In this document: piece after piece, positions 32,252-37,093 of the stretch
Numbering within the stretch: the first letter of the stretch is position 1
How the letters are laid out: each line of letters begins with the position of its first letter
Assembly: GCA_964604105.1 (NCBI GenBank)
Contig: CAZRXO010000003.1
Location: 1-37,093 of the forward strand
Reading direction: 5' to 3'
Length of the DNA stretch: 37,093 nt
DNA from: Candidatus Woesearchaeota archaeon
GTDB taxonomy: Archaea > Nanobdellota > Nanobdellia > Pacearchaeales > GW2011-AR1
Notes under the pieces: generated by a model
Told to the model about the DNA's origin: nothing
The model's input: the letters and a program-made list of their open reading frames with translations, nothing else
Databases searched by the model: none
Made by a program: the position numbers and the translations under genes

Positions 32252-32923
32252 ATGTGGATTGCAGAATTAAAACTTAATCACAAGGATTGTCCTATTGTAA
32301 CTCGTTGTCAAAAGTTTAATGTTGTGGTTTTATCTTACCCTTCTGTGTGGTATGAAAAAAGAGGGAATAAATACGCCACAACAACTTGTTATTTTCAAAA
32401 TGTAGAGGATAAAATAAAAAAAGCATTTTTGAAAGATTTAAAATTAGATAAGAGAATTACTAATTTAGATATTGCGGGAGATGTTTTTACTTATGAAATT
32501 AATCTGAAGAAACACGGAGAACATGTAATGCTTTATCATCAAAAACAAATCTTCTTTGTGAAACCTACGGTAAATCATTTTGACGGGCATGAATATTGGG
32601 AAGTTGCTTCATGGGATAGAAAAGTTATCGAGCAATTTATTAAAGAGTTAGAAAAGCATATGGACATTTGCATAATTTTAAAACTTGAACAAGCACATTT
32701 GAAAGAAGTTCGGTTCCCTCAATTAATGCCCCAGCTTTCAGAGAATCAAAAGAAAATTTTGGAGATCGCATACAAGCATGGATTCTATAATTATCCAAAG
32801 AAAAAATCAATTAAAGATTTAGCAAAAATTGCAAAGCTGAGTGTTTCAACATTTCAAGAACATTTGAGAAAAGCAGAGATAAAAATTCTTCCCTTGATAA
32901 TTGAAGAGCAGGTTAAAAAATAA
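32252..32923 (+). CDS. HTH_10 family transcriptional regulator (paralogue of 13182..13841)
   Basis: C-terminal LSENQKKILEIAYKHGFYNYPKKKSIKDLAKIAKLSVSTFQEHLRKAEIKILP. N-terminal MWIAELKLNHKDCPIV parallels MWKAVFEGKHNSCLIA. Confidence 0.8.
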   Translation: MWIAELKLNHKDCPIVTRCQKFNVVVLSYPSVWYEKRGNKYATTTCYFQNVEDKIKKAFLKDLKLDKRITNLDIAGDVFTYEINLKKHGEHVMLYHQKQIFFVKPTVNHFDGHEYWEVASWDRKVIEQFIKELEKHMDICIILKLEQAHLKEVRFPQLMPQLSENQKKILEIAYKHGFYNYPKKKSIKDLAKIAKLSVSTFQEHLRKAEIKILPLIIEEQVKK

Positions 32924-32928
32924 TTTGA

Positions 32929-33267
32929 TTACATTAACTTTGATCCATTTGGAACTTTTCTTTCAGGCATAGCCAATACAACATTTCCATCGTCTAAGAT
33001 AAATCCTGTTGTTAAAAATTCTGAAAAGAAATTTGCGATTTGTTTTTTAGGAAAATTTACTCCCCCTAAGATTTGTTTTCCAATTAAATCTTCTTTTTTA
33101 TAAAAATGAGTTATCTGAGCACTTGATTTTTTTACCCCAATATCTTTTCCAAAATAAACTTCTAATTTGTATGAAGGTTTTCTTGCTTCTGGAAAATCTT
33201 CAACTTTTAGAATAGTCCCAACTCTTAACTCGACACCTTCAAAATCATTCCAACTTATTTCTCTCAT
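32929..33267 (-). CDS. csaA: CsaA-type tRNA-binding (OB-fold) domain protein
   Basis: FEGVELRVGTILKVEDFPEARKPSYKLEVYFGKDIGVKKSSAQIT...LIGKQILGGVNFPKKQIANFFSE matches the CsaA/Trbp111 pattern. Confidence 0.85.
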   Translation of the reverse strand: MREISWNDFEGVELRVGTILKVEDFPEARKPSYKLEVYFGKDIGVKKSSAQITHFYKKEDLIGKQILGGVNFPKKQIANFFSEFLTTGFILDDGNVVLAMPERKVPNGSKLM

Positions 33268-33442
33268 CTAATTCCCAAATACCATCACTATTTAATTTTA
33301 ACTCAAGAATTCCTTCTTTTTTTCTTTTTTCTTTCTCAACACTATCTATTGTAGTAATTTCTATATAACCAACTCCCGAGAGGTATTCATGCCTTGTATG
33401 AACCCCATTCTCTTCCATTAATTTTTTTAAATATCCAAACAT
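33245..33442 (-). CDS. hypothetical protein, 65 aa
   Basis: ORF track. Overlaps the csaA start by 23 nt. Confidence 0.4.
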   Translation of the reverse strand: MFGYLKKLMEENGVHTRHEYLSGVGYIEITTIDSVEKEKRKKEGILELKLNSDGIWELDERNKLE

Positions 33443-33480
33443 CTTAATCTTTTTTTATGAATAATACCTTTTAACACTTT

Positions 33481-33498
33481 TACCGAACATATTCGGTA
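33481..33498. promoter_or_regulatory. palindromic operator candidate TACCGAA-CATA-TTCGGTA abutting a TATA-like box
   Basis: Perfect 7-nt inverted arms with a 4-nt spacer. Overlaps GGTATAAAATATTT about 30 nt upstream of ATG 33533. The half-site ACCGAACATAT recurs at 32235-32245 in the HTH_10 promoter. Confidence 0.45.
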
Positions 33499-33532
33499 TA
33501 AAATATTTAAGATAATTCTCTTGGCTTTTGAT

Positions 33533-33910
33533 ATGGGAAAGAAAGAAGCAAGAAAAGATTATCATAAAAGGATAGATCAAGTTGAGAATATCCAAGATGA
33601 ACTTTCGAGAGTTAAAAAGAGAATGGAAAACGGACTTTGGAAAGTTCTAGATGATTCTCTTAAAGAAAGAGCTATTTGGGTTAGGGGATTTAGAAATGAT
33701 TTGAGATATCTTCGGAATATAGAGACTCAATTAAGACTTGAGATTGCTACTACCTTCAGATCTGGTGCAGAATCCGGAATGAACATTAAGAATATTGCTG
33801 ATGAAATTTTAGATTTAGGGGTTCACTATTCATATATTCAAACTCGATACAGAGAAAAGGCAGAGAGTTGGGAAGATCCAGATAAATATCCGATTGGAAC
33901 TAAGGATTAA
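33533..33910 (+). CDS. hypothetical protein, about 125 aa
   Basis: Track ORF 33521 starts at TTG; ATG 33533 is preferred. No motif recognised. Confidence 0.5.
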   Translation: MGKKEARKDYHKRIDQVENIQDELSRVKKRMENGLWKVLDDSLKERAIWVRGFRNDLRYLRNIETQLRLEIATTFRSGAESGMNIKNIADEILDLGVHYSYIQTRYREKAESWEDPDKYPIGTKD

Positions 33911-33911
33911 A

Positions 33912-34559
33912 ATGACAAAAGAAACACCAACGAAAATATTTCAAGATATTGAAGGAAGAGATTATTTTTATAATTTGGGAGAAAGATATTCCTATCGGCT
34001 TAAAATTAGAAGGATATCTGAAGGGGGAAAATTTTCCAAGATAGAATTTGAAGGGGCATCTGCAAGGAACAGCGTTGAAGCTTTGGAATCTGTAAGCAAT
34101 TATTTATCTGAAGGAGATTATTTATCTAGGAGGATAGACTTTTCTTCTGTGAGTTTTTCTGAATTAGAAAAAGAGATTTTAGAATGGGTTATTGGGGAAA
34201 CAATAAATCATGTTGTGGAGGGCAAGTCATATTATCTGGCTGAAAGTCTCCGAACTGCACAAAAGCTAAGTAGGTTATGTAAAATTGATATTATTGGGGG
34301 TATGCTAAGTGAAGAGAATTTGAAAAAAGGATTAGAATATGCTTCTAAAAAATTATATGAAAAAGAACTCCAAGAACTTATAGACCGTATTCCAAATGAA
34401 CAAACCTCTCAAAAAGACAAAGAGGATTTCTTTTTTAGAATCCAAGAGACTTTTTATGCTGGAGAATCTATGGGATTAAGTGATAACGAGATCGAAGAGG
34501 ATATCCGTGAGGCAGGCATAAATGAAGAACTATTGGGAAAGCATGGTTTTATGGAATAA
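33912..34559 (+). CDS. hypothetical protein, about 215 aa
   Basis: Track ORF 33894 starts at TTG. ATG 33912 lies 1 nt after the upstream stop. No motif recognised. Confidence 0.5.
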   Translation: MTKETPTKIFQDIEGRDYFYNLGERYSYRLKIRRISEGGKFSKIEFEGASARNSVEALESVSNYLSEGDYLSRRIDFSSVSFSELEKEILEWVIGETINHVVEGKSYYLAESLRTAQKLSRLCKIDIIGGMLSEENLKKGLEYASKKLYEKELQELIDRIPNEQTSQKDKEDFFFRIQETFYAGESMGLSDNEIEEDIREAGINEELLGKHGFME

Positions 34560-35643
34560 TCTCTGGCCCAAAATACTTTTCATATTCTAAATCTTTAACA
34601 TCAATTAACTCTCTTACCTCTTCGCTTCTCGCCTTCAAAGAATCAATCAAAAACTTCACTGTTTTACAAATCAAATCCTCCCCCTCACAAGGCCAAAGTT
34701 TTGCATAATTAGAATAAAGACAACGACCACCACAAACCCCAAGATAATCACAAGAAACACAAGGTTCAATTACAGAAATCTTTTTTAGGTTATTAGGATT
34801 GCTCTTCAAATCACCGACATAAAAATTCTTAATACAATTCATAATCGGGCAAGTTGTAATTGTTCCATTAGTTGTAATTGTATAACCAGAATGCCCTGCC
34901 CCACATCTTAATTTTGCCGTCGCGCCTTTCAAAATATCTTGCATAATTCCAACAAAAGGATAAAACTTCAAAACCCTCCCCCTCCCCATCTCCCCAACCC
35001 AAAAATCAATCAATCTCAAAATACTTTTATTATACTTCCCAACAAATTTATTAAACTTCTCTTCGTCAAAATCAAATTTATAAAATCCAGCATCAATTTG
35101 CCAGTGAACAGAATCAAAAATCCCTAATTTAATTAAAAACTTTGCTTGTTCAAAAACATCTGGAAATTCTTGATCAATTGTCATTCGTGCGACAATCTCC
35201 CCAGTATATCTATTTGCTCGAATTAATTTTAAATTCTTTAAAACTAAATCATAAGTTCCCTTCCCACGATTATAATCTGTTCTCTCACGATTCCCGTCGA
35301 CAGAAACCAAAATCCGAGAAAACTTATTCATGTATTCTTTAGGAAGTTCATGCAATAATTTTCCGTTGGTTTGCATACAGAACCGCGCAGGAATATGGTC
35401 CATAATCTCTTTTATCTTCGCAATATTAACAAGTGGCTCCCCACCATAAAAAATTATTGTTGGGTTTTCATCCTTGCTGATAAAATTTTTTAGTTCTTGA
35501 ATATTAATATTTGAGTCATTTGGTGCAGAATAGTCGAAGGTGAATTTTTTGTCTAGGCCGTTATCAAATTCCTCAAATGATTTCTTATGACAATATCTAC
35601 ATTGCGAATTACATTTTTCTGTTAGGATTATGTGAAAGTGCAT
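34549..35643 (-). CDS. radical SAM enzyme with C-terminal SPASM-type Cys-rich domain
   Basis: N-terminal CNSQCRYC (CxxxCxxC) in MHFHIILTEKC context, GGEPL motif, C-terminal Cys clusters (CGAGHSGYTITTNGTITTCP, CVSCDYLGVCGGRC). Resembles the archaeal AF0577-like putative peptide-modifying subgroup, from memory. Confidence 0.88.
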   Translation of the reverse strand: MHFHIILTEKCNSQCRYCHKKSFEEFDNGLDKKFTFDYSAPNDSNINIQELKNFISKDENPTIIFYGGEPLVNIAKIKEIMDHIPARFCMQTNGKLLHELPKEYMNKFSRILVSVDGNRERTDYNRGKGTYDLVLKNLKLIRANRYTGEIVARMTIDQEFPDVFEQAKFLIKLGIFDSVHWQIDAGFYKFDFDEEKFNKFVGKYNKSILRLIDFWVGEMGRGRVLKFYPFVGIMQDILKGATAKLRCGAGHSGYTITTNGTITTCPIMNCIKNFYVGDLKSNPNNLKKISVIEPCVSCDYLGVCGGRCLYSNYAKLWPCEGEDLICKTVKFLIDSLKARSEEVRELIDVKDLEYEKYFGPEIIP

Positions 35644-36314
35644 TATTCCACCTCAATCTCTCGCTTCCAACTATTTTCTCCAGTAGAAGAATCTTCAAAA
35701 AATTTTATTTTCAGCCCCCCCTTAAACATCGGACAATTTAAAACAAAAGTTTCAAATTCGCCACCTTCGCCAGCACCATGAATCTTAAATTTCTTATTCA
35801 ACTCTCGAACTTCTTTAATAAACTCTGAGTCAATCTCCCGGCCCAGCCAACTTTTATCAAGAGGATAAGCAAAAACCCCAACAACAATTATTTTAAAATT
35901 ATTTTCAATTAATTCCTCTAAATATTCAAATTCATCTTTATGCCAAAGGGGATTAATACATTTTAAACCAAGTTTGTCACAAATTTTCTGAATTCGCGAA
36001 GCCTGATAAACAGAATGTAAAGCACCAGTCACAACACCTTCAACATCATATTTCTTTTTCGCCTCAACAATTGCATTTTCTAAATCAACTAATTCTTCTT
36101 CTTTCACCCCTTTTGTTTTCCAACCAATTAGCGGAATTCTCATAACTTTTGCTTGCTTTTCAACTTTAGAAATCGACGGCGTGTGAAACATATAGCTTTC
36201 TTTATTTTCAGAAAACATTGAAATCAAACAAATCAACTCATGCCCTTGCTGTTTCGCTAAGTATGCACTATAAACAGAATCTTTTCCGCCGGAAAATAAT
36301 GATGCAAGTTTCAT
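35643..36314 (-). CDS. PP-loop ATPase of the MJ0570/Dph6 (diphthine--ammonia ligase) family
   Basis: SGGKDS PP-loop at the N-terminus, GEGGEFETFVLNCPMF near the C-terminus. Stop overlaps the radical SAM start (TAATG). Confidence 0.85.
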   Translation of the reverse strand: MKLASLFSGGKDSVYSAYLAKQQGHELICLISMFSENKESYMFHTPSISKVEKQAKVMRIPLIGWKTKGVKEEELVDLENAIVEAKKKYDVEGVVTGALHSVYQASRIQKICDKLGLKCINPLWHKDEFEYLEELIENNFKIIVVGVFAYPLDKSWLGREIDSEFIKEVRELNKKFKIHGAGEGGEFETFVLNCPMFKGGLKIKFFEDSSTGENSWKREIEVE

Positions 36315-36432
36315 TCGACATACCTCTTATGGCGAATGAACGAAAATCTACTTGTGCCCCCTAGGATATGATTTACTTTCATAATTTTTTATATTGAGAA
36401 AGGGTTATAAATCCTTTGAAACTTCTTTAAGT

Positions 36433-37035
36433 ATGGAAAGTACTGAATTTTCTCAAGAGAAAAAATTAGAAGAAGTTATTATCGAGATTTGCGTGAAAAT
36501 TGCAAAAAGAGGTGAGGGGGCTTTATTTGTCATTGGAGAGGTAGAATATGACACCTTAGTAGATCAAAAAGTTCCGGAATTTAGCATTTTTGAAAACCCC
36601 AAATTATTAGAATCTTTAGCCCTAATGGATGGAGCAATAATTCTGGATAAAACTGGGACCCTGAAAGCTTATGGGGTCATGGTAAAATCTAAAAAAGTCT
36701 TCAAGAATTTTGGAACAAGGCATAGTGCTGCAATAAGCGCTTCTCTAATAAATGAGAATACTTCAATAATCGTCTCTGAAGAAGATAGGAAAATAAGAAT
36801 TTTAAAAGAAGGAAAAGTAATAATGCAGATTGATGCCTTGCAGAAAAATGTAGAAAAGTCAATCCCCGAGGCTGTTGGAATTTTAGAATCTGTAGGGGTT
36901 GGAGCTGTTGGAACAATTGGGGCAGGAATTTTAGCACCAACATTAGGATTAGCACTACTCCCGGGGATTGTTTTATTTGGTTCAGCCTATTATCTTGGAA
37001 AATTAATTCATAAAAAAGTAAAGACTAAATATTAA
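36433..37035 (+). CDS. diadenylate cyclase (DAC/DisA_N) domain protein with C-terminal membrane anchor
   Basis: GALFVIG, DGAIILD, GTRHSAAISAS and IIVSEEDRKI motifs of DAC domains. C-terminal hydrophobic GVGAVGTIGAGILAPTLGLALLPGIVLFGSAYYLG. Track ORF starts at TTG 36394; ATG 36433 is preferred. Confidence 0.85.
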   Translation: MESTEFSQEKKLEEVIIEICVKIAKRGEGALFVIGEVEYDTLVDQKVPEFSIFENPKLLESLALMDGAIILDKTGTLKAYGVMVKSKKVFKNFGTRHSAAISASLINENTSIIVSEEDRKIRILKEGKVIMQIDALQKNVEKSIPEAVGILESVGVGAVGTIGAGILAPTLGLALLPGIVLFGSAYYLGKLIHKKVKTKY

Positions 37036-37093
37036 TTGCTCCACATTCTGCTTCGCAGGCTGTCCCACAATTAACAAAATTTAAATAGTTTAT
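37035..37093 (+). repeat. intergenic repeat family, copy F (truncated by window end)
   Basis: aattgctccacatt-CTGCttcGCAG-gctgtcccacaattaacaaaa aligns with the 5' half of copy E. Confidence 0.6.

Noticed and set aside
13897-37093. Possibility that the dispersed repeats are a CRISPR array, or that they are protein-coding remnants
   Set aside because: Copies are kilobases apart, of unequal length and degenerate, so they are not a CRISPR array. The 3' module translates to a shared short peptide ending in a stop (QSAKPV(Y/H)), but an in-frame TGA lies 1-4 codons upstream in copies D and E, and most copies lack start codons. Coding is therefore not supported.
1-37093. Mobile elements, prophage genes, recoded stop codons
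   Set aside because: No transposase, integrase, capsid or terminase-like motifs were recognised in any ORF. All family-assignable genes read through with standard stops and no in-frame TGA/TAG, apart from the single NUDIX frameshift.

Overview
AT-rich, gene-dense window that looks archaeal. Evidence: class III (type IV pilin-like) signal peptides, TrmB, Lrp/AsnC and HTH_10 regulators, a Dph6-type diphthine-ammonia ligase homologue, TATA boxes about 20-30 nt upstream of start codons, and an intron-containing tRNA. The small-genome, surface-protein-rich style suggests a DPANN-type lineage, but that is inference. Recognisable housekeeping genes: htpX, lemA, a histidine-phosphatase/PGM-family gene, a Pyrococcus-type ferredoxin, PEP synthase, a U32 peptidase, MscS, an NYN/LabA protein, hisS, a SAM methyltransferase, CsaA, a radical SAM/SPASM enzyme and a diadenylate cyclase. 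No rRNA, CRISPR array, transposase or integrase was seen. Main findings: (1) A dispersed, same-orientation intergenic repeat family of at least 7 copies, with a GC hairpin whose sequence varies while its position is kept. (2) A minus-strand cell-surface island (about 14.0-22.9 kb). It holds a 1099-aa Cys/Trp-repeat (thrombospondin-type-1-like) membrane protein with a roughly 275-aa polybasic cytoplasmic tail, a 690-aa K/E coiled-coil protein, a 642-aa polyacidic surface protein and a 68-aa wHTH gene. Two paralogous pilin-like genes lie elsewhere in the window. (3) A candidate tRNA-His(GUG) with a 60-nt intron, heading a unit that ends in a divergent hisS. (4) A radical SAM/SPASM gene translationally coupled to a PP-loop Dph6-like gene, divergent from a C-terminally membrane-anchored diadenylate cyclase. 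(5) A NUDIX gene split by a frameshift in a G5 run. (6) Several regulator-plus-divergent-operon modules of unknown function, and unannotated micro-ORFs and structured GC-rich leaders. All functional calls rest on motif recognition by eye; no database search was run.
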